Origin: Acidimicrobiia bacterium
GTDB lineage: Bacteria > Actinomycetota > Acidimicrobiia > Spongiisociales > ZC4RG35
Direction of reading: 5' to 3'
NCBI GenBank assembly: GCA_050741975.1
Contig: JBOGET010000017.1
Span: forward strand, 14,456 to 78,455
DNA: 64,000 nt
Positions within the stretch are counted from its first letter, which is position 1. The number at the start of each line of letters is the position of its first letter. Both the position numbers and the translations under genes were made by a program. This document shows positions 8,426 to 18,723 of the stretch, piece by piece. The notes beneath the pieces are model-generated. The model had not been told where the DNA came from and did no database searches. It saw nothing but the letters and a program-made list of their open reading frames with translations.

Positions 8426-9165
8426 TCGAACACACCGGTGAACACATATCCGGCCGGACCGGTCAGCCAGGCGACCTTGTCCTTGATCTCGACCTGGCCC
8501 ACCCCGCCGGGGACATTGACCCGAACGGTGCCGTCGGCCCCGTCCAGGGCAACGGCTGCTGCGGCCACCATCCCGGTTCCGCAGGCAAGGGTCTCCCCCA
8601 CCCCGCGCTCCCAGACCCTCATCGTCACCTCGTCCCCACGGACCGAGACGATCTCGACATTGCAGCCGGCATCGAATCCTGCTTCCCGGGCAACGACGGG
8701 CCCGACACGGGTCAGGTCGATGGAGGCCGGATCGTCGACGACACGGACCGCGTGGGGGTTGCCGGTGTCGACCAGCCGGTATACCTGGCCCTCGATCGTC
8801 TCCTCGCCTTCGATGAGGGTCGGGCCGATCTCCGCCTCGACCAGGTCCTCGCCCACCCGCACCATGCGCACCCCGACCGGCGTGTCCACTTCGAACTCGG
8901 CGCCGTCGACCCAACCCCGGTCGTAGACATACCGGGCCACACATCGAAGCCCGTTGCCACACATCTCCGCCGCGCTCCCGTCGGCATTCCAGTAGTCCAT
9001 GACTACGGGGGCTCCGGGCGACACCACGAGCACTCCGTCCGCACCGACTCCAAAACGCCGGTCACACAGCTGGATCACATCGTCGACCGCCGGTTTGTCC
9101 GGACCCTCGAGCACGACGAAATCGTTACCCAGACCCTGCATCTTGGTGAACTCGAACCGGCTCAA
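8416..9165 (-). CDS. dapF: diaminopimelate epimerase
   Basis: FTKMQGLGNDFVVLEG and the catalytic Cys motifs (MCGNGLRC, ACGTG) are present. TTG start at 9165 overlaps the miaA stop. Confidence 0.85.
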   Translation of the reverse strand: MSRFEFTKMQGLGNDFVVLEGPDKPAVDDVIQLCDRRFGVGADGVLVVSPGAPVVMDYWNADGSAAEMCGNGLRCVARYVYDRGWVDGAEFEVDTPVGVRMVRVGEDLVEAEIGPTLIEGEETIEGQVYRLVDTGNPHAVRVVDDPASIDLTRVGPVVAREAGFDAGCNVEIVSVRGDEVTMRVWERGVGETLACGTGMVAAAAVALDGADGTVRVNVPGGVGQVEIKDKVAWLTGPAGYVFTGVFDQG

Positions 9166-10058
9166 TCGAATGCCTCCAGGATTCGCCTCGTTCTCTGCTC
9201 GAGGTCGTCCGCCCAGGGTATCCAGCGTATCCGCGGATCACGCTGAAACCAGATTCGCTGCTTGCGGGCCAACCTCTTGGTGTTGACGGCGGCCTGATCG
9301 AATGCCTCGTCGAGCGAGCACTCACCTCTGAGGGCGCCGAGGATCTCCCGGTACCCGACGGCATTGCGCGCGGTTCGCCCCAACTTCGGAGCCAGGGACC
9401 GGACCTCGTCGACGAGCCCACCCGCCCGCATCTGCCTGAGACGCCGATCGACCCGATCATCCAGGTCGCTGCCCGGGTCGACTCCCACGGCTTCGAACTC
9501 GATCTCGGGGACATAGCGGCGCACATCCTCGGCCAAGGCGGTCCCGGCTCTCACGCTCGGCGTCTCCCCGGTGAGGCGGTAGATCTCCAGGGCGCGCACC
9601 ACTCTTCGAGGGTTGGCCAGGTCGACATGCGAGCTCGCCGCCGGGTCTACCGACAGCAGTTCCTCGACCAGGGCCAAATCCCCGCGTCCTTCGAGCTCGG
9701 CTCGCACTGCGGCGTCGGTGGGCGCGAAGCTCATCGGGTCGACAAGGGCCCGAAAGTGGAGTCCGGAGCCCCCGGTGATGATCATCACCGGAGCCGACGA
9801 CTCCCGGAGGGCTCGACGACCGAGCCGCCGATACTCGGCGACGCTGAACTCTTCCTCGGGATCCACGACGTCGATCATGTGATGGGTGATCCCGGCTCGC
9901 TGCAGAACGGTCGGTTTGGCGGTCCCGATGTCCATCCCGCGATAAACCTGCATCGAGTCGACCGAGAGGATCTCGGCCCCGAAATGCTCCGCCATCCGGA
10001 TCGCCGCCTCGGTCTTGCCTGAGGCGGTGGGCCCAAGGAGGGCCAGGACCCGGGTCAG
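9162..10058 (-). CDS. miaA: tRNA dimethylallyltransferase
   Basis: ORF 9162..9995 has SVDSMQVYRGMDIGTAKP. The P-loop LLGPTASGKTEAAIR lies in frame upstream of the first ATG, so the 5' end was extended to CTG 10058. Start codon is uncertain. Confidence 0.8.
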   Translation of the reverse strand: MTRVLALLGPTASGKTEAAIRMAEHFGAEILSVDSMQVYRGMDIGTAKPTVLQRAGITHHMIDVVDPEEEFSVAEYRRLGRRALRESSAPVMIITGGSGLHFRALVDPMSFAPTDAAVRAELEGRGDLALVEELLSVDPAASSHVDLANPRRVVRALEIYRLTGETPSVRAGTALAEDVRRYVPEIEFEAVGVDPGSDLDDRVDRRLRQMRAGGLVDEVRSLAPKLGRTARNAVGYREILGALRGECSLDEAFDQAAVNTKRLARKQRIWFQRDPRIRWIPWADDLEQRTRRILEAFD

Positions 10059-11443
10059 ACCGGGCTCCCCACCAGGTGATGCTGATATGCGGTCTCGATC
10101 ACCACCTCGAAGAACGAGCCCGCGGGGTGGTCGCCGGGGACGTGAACCACCTTTCCGGTCCTGGTCCGGGTGGTTGCCACCCCCGGGTCTTTCTTCGACG
10201 GCCCCTCGCAGAGGACCTCGACCGTGGTCCCGGTCATCTCGGCGTTCCGCTCGCCCGAGATCCGGTTCTGCAGATCGGCGAGGCGGCCAAAACGCTCCTT
10301 GATCACCTCGTCGGGGACGAATTCGTCGGTCATTCGGGCGGCGGCCGTGCCGGGACGTGGGGAGAAGATGAACATGAAGGCGTGGTCGAAACTTGCCTCT
10401 TCGACCACTTCCAGGGTCTGGGCGAAGTCGTCATGGGTCTCCCCCGGGAATCCCACGATGATGTCCGTGGAGACGGCCAGTCCGGGGATGACCTCACGCG
10501 CCATGGCCAACCGTTCGCTGTATTTCTTGCGGTTGTAGCCGCGGTGCATGGTCCGCAACATCCGGTCCGACCCCGACTGGAGCGGGAAGTGGAGGTGCTC
10601 ACAGACCGCCTCGGTCTCGGCCATGGCCCTGGCGACGTCCTCCCGGAAGTCATTGGGATGGGGGCTGGTGAACCTGACCCGTCGGATCCCGTCGACCTCG
10701 CCGACCCGTCGCAGCAGCTCGGCGAATATGGGCCGACGCTTGCCGTCGAGAGCCAGGTCCCGACCGTAGGTGTCGACGTTCTGCCCCAGGAGTGTGACCT
10801 CGACCACGCCTTCGGCGGCCAGACGCTGCACCTCCCTGACGATGTCTCCGGGGCGGCGTGACACCTCGACGCCCCGCACCGAAGGGACGATGCAGAAGGT
10901 GCAGGTGTTGTTGCACCCGATCTGGATCGTCACCCAGGCGGAGTGATGCAACTCGCGTTTGACCGGGAGCGACGAAGGCATGGCCTGCAGCTCGTCGACC
11001 ACCTCGGTGATCGGCCCCCAACTCTCGGCGTGGTCCATGAGATCGAGCACCCGGTCCAAGTTGTGGGTGCCCATGACCACATCGACCCAGGGAGCACGCT
11101 CCCGGACCAGGTCCCGGTCCTTCTGGGCGGCACATCCACCGACGACCAGCAGCATGTCCGGGTTGAGGTCCTTGATCGCCTTCAGCTGCCCGAGGTTTCC
11201 GTACATCCGATTGTCGGCGTTCTCCCGGATGGTGCAGGTGTTGATGTAGACGACGTCGGCAGCCTCGAAGCCCTCGGCCGGAAGCATCCCATCCATCTCG
11301 AACAGCCCGGCGATCCGCTCCGAGTCGTGCTCGTTCATCTGGCAGCCAAAGGTGCGAATGAAATAGCGCTGCCCGGCCCGTGTCGGCTGACGCCGGGCCG
11401 GCTCACGCAGGGTGGGAGTCGGAAGCAAGACGGTCTCGGTCAT
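10055..11443 (-). CDS. miaB: tRNA-2-methylthio-N6-dimethylallyladenosine synthase
   Basis: UPF0004 domain (FIRTFGCQMNEHDSE), radical-SAM CNNTCTFC motif and TRAM C-terminus. 462 aa. Confidence 0.9.
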   Translation of the reverse strand: MTETVLLPTPTLREPARRQPTRAGQRYFIRTFGCQMNEHDSERIAGLFEMDGMLPAEGFEAADVVYINTCTIRENADNRMYGNLGQLKAIKDLNPDMLLVVGGCAAQKDRDLVRERAPWVDVVMGTHNLDRVLDLMDHAESWGPITEVVDELQAMPSSLPVKRELHHSAWVTIQIGCNNTCTFCIVPSVRGVEVSRRPGDIVREVQRLAAEGVVEVTLLGQNVDTYGRDLALDGKRRPIFAELLRRVGEVDGIRRVRFTSPHPNDFREDVARAMAETEAVCEHLHFPLQSGSDRMLRTMHRGYNRKKYSERLAMAREVIPGLAVSTDIIVGFPGETHDDFAQTLEVVEEASFDHAFMFIFSPRPGTAAARMTDEFVPDEVIKERFGRLADLQNRISGERNAEMTGTTVEVLCEGPSKKDPGVATTRTRTGKVVHVPGDHPAGSFFEVVIETAYQHHLVGSPV

Positions 11444-11453
11444 GTCGGTGGCC

Positions 11454-12995
11454 TCAGCGTGCGTAATCGGTGGCCCGAAACTCCCGGATGACGGTGACTT
11501 GGATCTGACCCGGGTACTGGAGGTCCTCTTCGAGTTTACGGGCGATGCGACGGGAGAGCTCCCTGGCGTCGAGATCGGAGACGTTGCCCGGGTCCACGAC
11601 GACCCTCACCTCGCGTCCCGCCTGGAGGGCGAACACGTGATCGACCCCGGGGAACTCCATGGCCAGGTTCTCCAGACGCTCCAGCCGTTTCACATAGCCC
11701 TCCAGAGTCTCCCGTCTCGCCCCGGGGCGCGCCGCAGAAACGGCGTCGGCGGCCTGGACGATCACAGCCAGGATGGTCCTCGGCTCCACCTCGTTGTGGT
11801 GGGCCTCTATACCGTGGACCACCGCCGGGTCCTCGTCGAAACGCCGGGCGATCTCGGCCCCGATCAGAGCGTGGGATCCCTCGACCTCATGGGTGACCGC
11901 CTTCCCCAGGTCATGGAGGAGAGCGGCTCGTTTCACGGGGGCGGGGTCGATCCCCAGCTCGGAGGCCAGCATCGATGCGATGTGCGCCGTCTCCACCAGA
12001 TGGTTGAGGACGTTCTGGCCATAGGAGGTCCGGTACTTGAGCCGGCCCATCAACGTCACGATCTCGGAGTGCATGCGGGACACCCCGGCCTCGACCAGGG
12101 CCCATTCTCCCGCATCGCGGATGCTCTGCTCCACCTCGGCCCGGGCCTTCTCGTAGGCCTCTTCGATGGACGCGGGGTGGATCCGACCGTCGGCGACCAG
12201 TCTCTCCAGTGTGATCCGGGCCACTTCCCGGCGCACCGGATCGAACGATGAGACCGAGACGGCCTCGGGTGTGTCGTCGACGATGAGACTGGTCCCGGTG
12301 ACCGACTCGAGATGCCGGATGTTGCGGCCCTCACGACCGATGATCCGGCCCTTCATGTCGTCGGAGGGAAGCTGGATGACCGACACGGTGGTCTCGGTGA
12401 CCACCTCGGACGAGAGCCGCTGGATGGCGGTGGCGAGGATGCGGCGCGCCCGCCGATCTGCCTCCTCACGGGCCTTTATCTCCAGGTCGCGAACGACGAT
12501 CATGGCCTCCCGTCGGGCCTCGTCCTCGACCTGGGCCAGCATCTCGGTCTTGGCCGCGGTCACGTCGATCCCGGCCATCTGCTCGAGACGGAAGCGTGCC
12601 TCCTCCTTGAGTCGCTCCAAGTCGCCTCTGGTCTGGTTGAGCTCTTCCTCCCGATCGATGAGCATCTTCTCCCGCTGGGCGAGATTCGACGCGCGCTGGT
12701 CGAGGGTCTCCTCTCGTTGTCCCAGCCTCGACTCCATGTTGGAGAGCTCGAGTCTCCGGTGTGCCAGATTGGCTTCCTCACGCTCCCGGTAGGCCTCGGC
12801 CTTGGCCCGGCCCTCCTCCTCGGCCTTGGACAGGATGCGCTGGGCGTCGAGGCGAGCAGAGGTGACCATGTCCTCAGCGGACACCCCATCCCGCTCTCGT
12901 CGTCTCGCGATGGCGAGACGGGCCAGCAGATACCCGAAGCCGAGACCGATGACGACTCCCAGGACGGAGAGCCCGATCACCACGGTGTTTTCCAT
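11454..12995 (-). CDS. rny: ribonuclease Y
   Basis: N-terminal TM, a long coiled-coil, a KH domain (GRIIGREGRNIR) and an HD domain (LLHDLGKA). 513 aa. Confidence 0.9.
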   Translation of the reverse strand: MENTVVIGLSVLGVVIGLGFGYLLARLAIARRRERDGVSAEDMVTSARLDAQRILSKAEEEGRAKAEAYREREEANLAHRRLELSNMESRLGQREETLDQRASNLAQREKMLIDREEELNQTRGDLERLKEEARFRLEQMAGIDVTAAKTEMLAQVEDEARREAMIVVRDLEIKAREEADRRARRILATAIQRLSSEVVTETTVSVIQLPSDDMKGRIIGREGRNIRHLESVTGTSLIVDDTPEAVSVSSFDPVRREVARITLERLVADGRIHPASIEEAYEKARAEVEQSIRDAGEWALVEAGVSRMHSEIVTLMGRLKYRTSYGQNVLNHLVETAHIASMLASELGIDPAPVKRAALLHDLGKAVTHEVEGSHALIGAEIARRFDEDPAVVHGIEAHHNEVEPRTILAVIVQAADAVSAARPGARRETLEGYVKRLERLENLAMEFPGVDHVFALQAGREVRVVVDPGNVSDLDARELSRRIARKLEEDLQYPGQIQVTVIREFRATDYAR

Positions 12996-13209
12996 CGCGG
13001 TCCCTTCCCCGGGGTTGAGACAGAACGTGCCGGGCCCCTGTCCCCGACGGACTCAGGACCCGGCACACGAAACGAAGCTGACTAACGAAGCGGGCCCGTC
13101 ACCCGTCGATTCGTTGGCTCCTTCTGTTCACGTCTTCTTCCCGGTTGCAGTTCAAAGGTGTGTTCGTGTGAGGCACCGATGCTACACGCGGATCGCGAAA
13201 GCCAAACAC

Positions 13210-15357
13210 TTACTCGTCGCTGCTGCTCCCCTCTTCGACACCGGTGACGACCTCTTCCTCCGTCCGCTCCCCCTGAGGGGCTTCGCTGAGCCCGACTAAC
13301 TCGAAGACCTTGGCCTGAAGCTGCATCGCCACCTCAGGGCTCTCCCGCAGGAAACGCTTGGCGTTCTCCCGTCCCTGGCCCAACTGGTCGTCGTCGAAGG
13401 TGAACCATGCGCCACTCTTGTGGACGACGCCATGGTCGACGGCGACATCGAGGAGACTGCCCTCACGGGAGATCCCCTGACCGAACATGATGTCGAACTC
13501 GGCCAGACGGAAGGGCGGGGCCATCTTGTTCTTGGCCACCTTGACCCTGACCCGGTTGCCGACGCTCTCGGTGCCATCCTTGATGGTCTCGATGCGGCGG
13601 ATGTCGAGACGGACCGACGAGTAGAACTTGAGCGCCCGCCCCCCGGGGGTGGTCTCCGGTGAGTTGTGCACCATGACACCCTCTGCGAAGTAGTTGTGAC
13701 TTCCTTCGACCTCAATGTCGAACCGATGTGTGCGTCGGTTCTTGGGCGGCGTGCGCTCGATCTTCACGATTGGAACTGGCACCAATTCATGTCGGACCTT
13801 CCCTGTCATCGGCTCGACGGCAAACCGACCTCTGAATCTGGGAAGCAGCTTGTACTTCATCGAGGGATGCACATAAGGTGCGATCAGCGCCTGCAGTTTC
13901 ACTGTGTCTGCGACGGAGAAGGTGAGATAAGCCACCTTGCGTCGACCTTTTTCACTCAACGTCGATTGGATACCCCAGGTGTCGGCTAGGTGAGCTCGGA
14001 GACGTTCACGACTGGTCTTCTCGATGGCCTCGACACAGATCTCGACTCTGCCGCTTCCGCCCCTTGTTTGCTCCTGCAGTCCCTTAGAGCGCAGAGAGAA
14101 GGTTGCATCATCCATATACCAAATGGCGAGGGAAAGCGGAGTGAGGCGCTTCAAGTAGTCCCAGCTCAGCACTTTCTTCTTCCCCATGTAGACCGAGGAG
14201 CGGAGCTCCGTCAACTCGGCCATGGGTTGCAAATCCCAAAAGACCGCACCTCGCGTGTTGACTGTTCGACTGACATTGATGTTCGGGAAAAGCGACGCCT
14301 TCCAGTCCCCGTAGCTCTCCTGTCGCTTTCCATGACCCCAACGAAGCCGCGCTCCTAGCCCGTTCTTGTTCCACGACAAGGCGGAGTCACCTATTAGACC
14401 GCCGAGTAAGACTTCCCACTGCTGATCTGACAGCAGATAGGGAACGGCGCGTAGCACTCGGTCACCGGCACGAAGATCCTGAGCTTCCTTCCATCCAGCA
14501 GGCGTCCGCACCTTGTGGTTCGGCGTGCAAGTGAGATAGGGAAGCCCTCCTCGACCGACAGGGCGCGCAACCTGGATCTCCAGGAACTCGTCGGTCCGTC
14601 CATTGTCGAACCAATTGATCACCCGGCGCGGAACAATCTTGTCCAGCTCAGGATCGTAGGAGAGAACCTCCACTGGCATGCGCTGATTGACGATGGTGCC
14701 AATGCGCTCGGTGCTGCCGTCGGCAAGGGTGACGCGTGTGTCCCAGGAAAGGCATCCGAACATGACCCCTATCTTCTCCCGGAGCTGGTTGATGAAGACC
14801 GCCGTCGTCCTCGACTTGTTCAAGGTGCCGGCCAGCTTGCGCAACGCCTGGGACATGAGACGGGCCTGGAGACCGACATGGGCATCGCCCATCTCGCCTT
14901 CGATCTCGGCCCGCGGCACCAGGGCGGCCACCGAGTCGATGACCAGCACATCGAGAGCGCCGGAGCGGATCAGCATGTCGGCGATCTCCAGGGCCTGCTC
15001 CCCGGTGTCGGGCTGGGAGATGAGAAGCTCGTCGACATCGACCCCGATCGCCTTGGCGTAGATCGGGTCGAGGGCGTGCTCGGCGTCGATGAAGGCGGCG
15101 ATGCCGCCGTTGCGTTGGGCCTCGGCCACGATGTGGAGGGCGAGACTCGTCTTGCCCGAGCTCTCCGGCCCGTAGAGCTCCACGATCCGCCCCCGGGGGA
15201 CGCCGCCGATTCCCAGGGCGAGGTCGAGGGAGAGCGCTCCCGTTGATATGACGTCGACCTTGCGGTTGGCCGCCTCCCCCATCTTCATGATGGCGCCCTT
15301 GCCAAACTGGCGCTCGATCTGGCTGACCGCCATGTCCAGTGCCTTGTCTCGTTCCAT
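13210..15357 (-). CDS. recA: recombinase RecA precursor (contains intein; mature RecA about 351 aa)
   Basis: Extein sequence is canonical RecA ([13 protein letters not shown] Walker [24 protein letters not shown]|...|[23 protein letters not shown]). ATG 15357 follows a GAAGGAG SD. Confidence 0.95.
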   Translation of the reverse strand: MERDKALDMAVSQIERQFGKGAIMKMGEAANRKVDVISTGALSLDLALGIGGVPRGRIVELYGPESSGKTSLALHIVAEAQRNGGIAAFIDAEHALDPIYAKAIGVDVDELLISQPDTGEQALEIADMLIRSGALDVLVIDSVAALVPRAEIEGEMGDAHVGLQARLMSQALRKLAGTLNKSRTTAVFINQLREKIGVMFGCLSWDTRVTLADGSTERIGTIVNQRMPVEVLSYDPELDKIVPRRVINWFDNGRTDEFLEIQVARPVGRGGLPYLTCTPNHKVRTPAGWKEAQDLRAGDRVLRAVPYLLSDQQWEVLLGGLIGDSALSWNKNGLGARLRWGHGKRQESYGDWKASLFPNINVSRTVNTRGAVFWDLQPMAELTELRSSVYMGKKKVLSWDYLKRLTPLSLAIWYMDDATFSLRSKGLQEQTRGGSGRVEICVEAIEKTSRERLRAHLADTWGIQSTLSEKGRRKVAYLTFSVADTVKLQALIAPYVHPSMKYKLLPRFRGRFAVEPMTGKVRHELVPVPIVKIERTPPKNRRTHRFDIEVEGSHNYFAEGVMVHNSPETTPGGRALKFYSSVRLDIRRIETIKDGTESVGNRVRVKVAKNKMAPPFRLAEFDIMFGQGISREGSLLDVAVDHGVVHKSGAWFTFDDDQLGQGRENAKRFLRESPEVAMQLQAKVFELVGLSEAPQGERTEEEVVTGVEEGSSSDE
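13663..14754 (-). mobile_element. RecA intein with LAGLIDADG homing-endonuclease domain (364 codons)
   Basis: Starts with Cys ([13 protein letters not shown]) and has block B TPNH. LAGLIDADG motifs are LLGGLIGDS and LAIWYMDDA. It ends ...GVMVHN followed by Ser+1, and is in frame with both exteins. Confidence 0.9.
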
Positions 15358-15439
15358 TTCGGCTCCTTCCTCGGGTCCTATGACGGTCAACGTATCTGTC
15401 CACTGGGACAAGAACTGTCCTGAGACATCCGATACTAGG

Positions 15440-15455
15440 CCGAACAGGTGTTCGT
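15440..15455. promoter_or_regulatory. LexA (SOS) box upstream of recA: CCGAAC-AGGT-GTTCGT
   Basis: Consensus match about 85 nt upstream of the recA ATG. Confidence 0.8.
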
Positions 15456-15464
15456 CATGGTGAT

Positions 15465-16019
15465 TTACCGGGTCAAGGGGAAGGTTTCAAGGGGTTCGTA
15501 TCTGGCCCCGCCCCGACCGGGGTGGGACCGATAGACCACGACCGAGCGGCAGCGCCAGCCGATGCCGGCAGCGGAGAACCCGTCGACCAGACGGCTCACG
15601 TCGGCGGCGGGTCGCACCCGGCTCAGGGTGAGGTGGGGTCGGAAGGGCCGATCCTCGGGGGTGAAGCCTGCGGTTTGGGCCGCCGCCTCGGCGTCGGCGG
15701 CCAGGTCCTCGAGTCGGCCCTGGCCCTTGGTCACGGCGACCCAGAGCACGGTGGCGCTCCTGGGGCGGGGAAAGGCCCCCAGCTCACCCAGCCCCATGTC
15801 GAACGACGGGCCGAGATCGCAATTGTCGAGTGCTGCCAGGAATCGGTCGTAGGCAATCTCGTCGGTTCGCCCCAGGAAGCGGAGCGTGATGTGCCAATTC
15901 TGGGGCAGGACCATCTTCCCCGGGACCACCACAGAGCCGAGGAGGTCGGCCAGCGCCATCCGCACCTCGTCGGGCAGCGGCACAGCCACGAAGATCCGGC
16001 GTGTCAGCCCTTCCACCAC
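15465..16019 (-). CDS. thpR: RNA 2',3'-cyclic phosphodiesterase (2H family)
   Basis: Two HxTx motifs ([14 protein letters not shown]). 184 aa. Confidence 0.85.
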   Translation of the reverse strand: MVEGLTRRIFVAVPLPDEVRMALADLLGSVVVPGKMVLPQNWHITLRFLGRTDEIAYDRFLAALDNCDLGPSFDMGLGELGAFPRPRSATVLWVAVTKGQGRLEDLAADAEAAAQTAGFTPEDRPFRPHLTLSRVRPAADVSRLVDGFSAAGIGWRCRSVVVYRSHPGRGGARYEPLETFPLTR

Positions 16020-17239
16020 TTGCCGATGAGGGCGAGACGGGTGAGTTGCAGGGCGGCGGCCGTGCCGTAGGTCCTGACCCGCTCCCGGTCACCGGTGAAC
16101 CTCAGCTCCCGGGCCCGGGCATCATCGGGCGTGGCCACTCCGATGATCACGGTGCCCACCGGCTTCTCCAGTGGCTCCGGTCCCGCCGAACCGGTGACAG
16201 AGACTGCCACGTCGACGCCGAGCAGAGTGCGGGCTCCCAGGGCCACGGCCACCGCGGTCTCGACTGTGACCACCTTGCTGACATCGGCCACACCGAGCAG
16301 CTTCTGCTTCAGCTCGGAGTCGTAGGCCACCAGGCCCCCCTTGACCACGGCCGACGATCCGGGGAGGTCGGTGAGACGGGCGGTGACCATGCCCCCGGTC
16401 ATCGACTCTGCGGTCCCGATGGTGTACTCCCGTTCCGAGAGGAGCCGGAACAGGACCCGTTCGATCGTCTCGTCGTCCGAGCCGAAGACGCTGTCTCCCA
16501 GACGTGACCGCACCTCGTTCTCCATCGGATCGATCAGACGCCGGGCCTCGGGCGAGGTGGAGGCCTTGGCCGTGATCCGTATCTTTATCTCGGAGTTGGA
16601 GGCGAGAAAGGCCAGAGACGGGTTGACCGACCCGGTGTAGAGGTCGTCGAGGATCTCGGCCACCTCCGACTCGGGCCTGCCCCAGGTCCGGATGAGACGA
16701 CTGGCGATGACCTGCTCGTCATCGGATGCAGCGACCAGTCTCGGCAAAACCTCGGTCGACATCAGATGCTCCATCTCTGCGGGCACCCCGGGGACACAGA
16801 AGATCAGTTTGCCCTCCTCCTCCACGACGAGACCGGGTGCTGTGCCCCGCGGGTTGGGGATGAGCTCGGCCCCGGCCGGGTGATATGCCTGGCGCAGGTT
16901 GCTCTGTGGCATCTCCCTCCCCCGCCGCGCCCACCACTCTCGAAGATGGTCGGCGTACTCCTCGCTGAACACCATCTCCCGACCGGTCACGGCGCAGACG
17001 GCCTCGCGGGTGATGTCGTCCTGGGTGGGGCCGATCCCACCGGTGATGACAACGGCATCCGACCGGTCGAGGGCGACCCTGATCGCCGAGGCGATCCGCC
17101 CCAGGTTGTCCCCCACGGTCTGCTGGTAATGGGCGTCCAGACCATGCTCGGCGAGGGCGGCCCCCATCGTGGACGTATTGGAGTTCACGATCTGCCCCAG
17201 AAGGAGCTCGGTCCCCACGGCGATGACCTCGACGATCAT
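16004..17239 (-). CDS. cinA: competence/damage-inducible protein CinA (MoCF-binding + nicotinamide-nucleotide amidase domains)
   Basis: MIVEVIAVGTELLLGQIVNSN N-terminus and a C-terminal PncC-like TAESMTGG motif. 411 aa. Confidence 0.9.
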   Translation of the reverse strand: MIVEVIAVGTELLLGQIVNSNTSTMGAALAEHGLDAHYQQTVGDNLGRIASAIRVALDRSDAVVITGGIGPTQDDITREAVCAVTGREMVFSEEYADHLREWWARRGREMPQSNLRQAYHPAGAELIPNPRGTAPGLVVEEEGKLIFCVPGVPAEMEHLMSTEVLPRLVAASDDEQVIASRLIRTWGRPESEVAEILDDLYTGSVNPSLAFLASNSEIKIRITAKASTSPEARRLIDPMENEVRSRLGDSVFGSDDETIERVLFRLLSEREYTIGTAESMTGGMVTARLTDLPGSSAVVKGGLVAYDSELKQKLLGVADVSKVVTVETAVAVALGARTLLGVDVAVSVTGSAGPEPLEKPVGTVIIGVATPDDARARELRFTGDRERVRTYGTAAALQLTRLALIGKWWKG

Positions 17240-17389
17240 TCTGCCGCCCGACTTCGCCCCTCGGCAACCCTCACCAAGCCCACGGGCCAGGTCATCCCGC
17301 CCTCACACCTCGGGCCGAACAGCCGCCGGTCGGGCCGGGCTGCCGCCACGTGGACGGCTGGCCCGCACCGGTCACGATGTGGAGGTGCA

Positions 17390-18706
17390 TTACGCACCAC
17401 GGACCACGCGACCTTCCATGTCGGGGCCGAAGACACCGTTGTACTCGACCGTGACCCACTCCCCCACCCGGCCCACGTCGAGCCGGACCACACCGTCGAT
17501 CTCGGGGGCTTGGCGGTGGGAACGGCCAATGGGCACGCCGTCTTCGATCTGGTCGACGAGCACCCTGTCCACCCGGCCCAGCCACTCGGCGTGACGTCCT
17601 TCGGTGATCTCCTCCTGGAGACCGGATAGATAGCGGAGACGCTCCATGATCTCCTCGCGGTCGACCTGGGCCTCCATCTCGGCCGCGGGCGTACCCGGCT
17701 CCGCCGAGTAGGGGAAGAACCCGGCCCAATCGAGTCGGACCTCATCGAGAAAGTCGGCCAACTCGTCGACTTGATCGTCGGTTTCGCCGGGAAAACCGAC
17801 GATGAACGAGGATCGGAGCGCGGCTTCCGACTCTAGCTGCCTGATCCGCTCGGTCAGGGCGGTGTGCTTCTCGGTGTTCCCCGGTCGCTTCATACTCCGA
17901 AGCAGGGGCCCGGAGACGTGCTGCAGGGAGAGATCGAAGTAGGGGGCGACCACCGGGTTCGAGGTCATCTCGCCCAGAAGCCGCTCGTTTATCTCCCTGG
18001 GATGGAGATACAGCAGCCTCAGTCGCTCGAGACCGTCGACATCGGTGACGAAGGCGAGGAGGTCGGGCAGCCCACCTGGGACACCGATGTCGCGCCCGTA
18101 GGCGGCGAGGTCCTGGGCGACCAATACCACCTCACTGACACCGGACTCCACCAGCTGCTCCAGCTCCTGCCTGATCTCGACCGGGCTTCGGGACCGCTGC
18201 TTGCCCCGTATGGCGGGGATGGCGCAGAAGGTGCAGGGCTTGTCACAACCCTCGGCTACCTTCAGATAGGCGTAAGGAAGATCGGATACGGGACGACCGG
18301 TGGCGTGCAAGATGTCCATCATCGGGCGCCGTCGCAGGTCGACCGGCTGCCATCCGGTGAGCGTGTCGAGCACGCCGACCAGCTCGCCGTACCTGTCGAT
18401 GCCGAGCACTGCGTCGACCTCGGGGAGGGCGGCCTCGACCTCAGACCCGTAACGCTGCGCCATGCACCCGATCACCACCGACCTGGCCCCGGGATGCTTG
18501 CGATCCTCGAGATCGAGGATGACCTCGACCGACTCCGCCCTCGCCTCCTCGATGAAGGCGCAGGTGTTGACCATGACGACGTCGGCCTCCTCGGGCCGCT
18601 CCGCCCAGCCGTAGCCGGCCTCGGAGAGCATGGCGATCAGCTTCTCCGAGTCGACCTGGTTCTTGGCGCACCCGAGCGTGCTCAGCCAAACGGTGGGTCC
18701 GGGCAT
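17390..18706 (-). CDS. rimO: ribosomal protein S12 methylthiotransferase
   Basis: LSTLGCAKNQVDSE, radical-SAM CDKPCTFC and a TRAM domain. Start trimmed to ATG 18706, because the upstream extension would translate an intergenic repeat. Confidence 0.85.
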   Translation of the reverse strand: MPGPTVWLSTLGCAKNQVDSEKLIAMLSEAGYGWAERPEEADVVMVNTCAFIEEARAESVEVILDLEDRKHPGARSVVIGCMAQRYGSEVEAALPEVDAVLGIDRYGELVGVLDTLTGWQPVDLRRRPMMDILHATGRPVSDLPYAYLKVAEGCDKPCTFCAIPAIRGKQRSRSPVEIRQELEQLVESGVSEVVLVAQDLAAYGRDIGVPGGLPDLLAFVTDVDGLERLRLLYLHPREINERLLGEMTSNPVVAPYFDLSLQHVSGPLLRSMKRPGNTEKHTALTERIRQLESEAALRSSFIVGFPGETDDQVDELADFLDEVRLDWAGFFPYSAEPGTPAAEMEAQVDREEIMERLRYLSGLQEEITEGRHAEWLGRVDRVLVDQIEDGVPIGRSHRQAPEIDGVVRLDVGRVGEWVTVEYNGVFGPDMEGRVVRGA

Positions 18707-18723
18707 GGGGCGGAGGATAGGAA

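Noticed and set aside
7685-8962. 425-aa ORF on the minus strand spanning lexA and dapF
   Set aside because: It is antisense or out of frame relative to two confidently identified genes. The Arg/Gly/Pro-rich, low-complexity translation is typical of shadow ORFs in high-GC DNA.
12996-13209. Missing recX downstream of recA, and whether the 214-nt gap hides a gene or sRNA
   Set aside because: There is no ORF of credible length or composition. The only feature is an imperfect GC hairpin (GTGCCGGG...CCCGGCAC). recX may simply be elsewhere.
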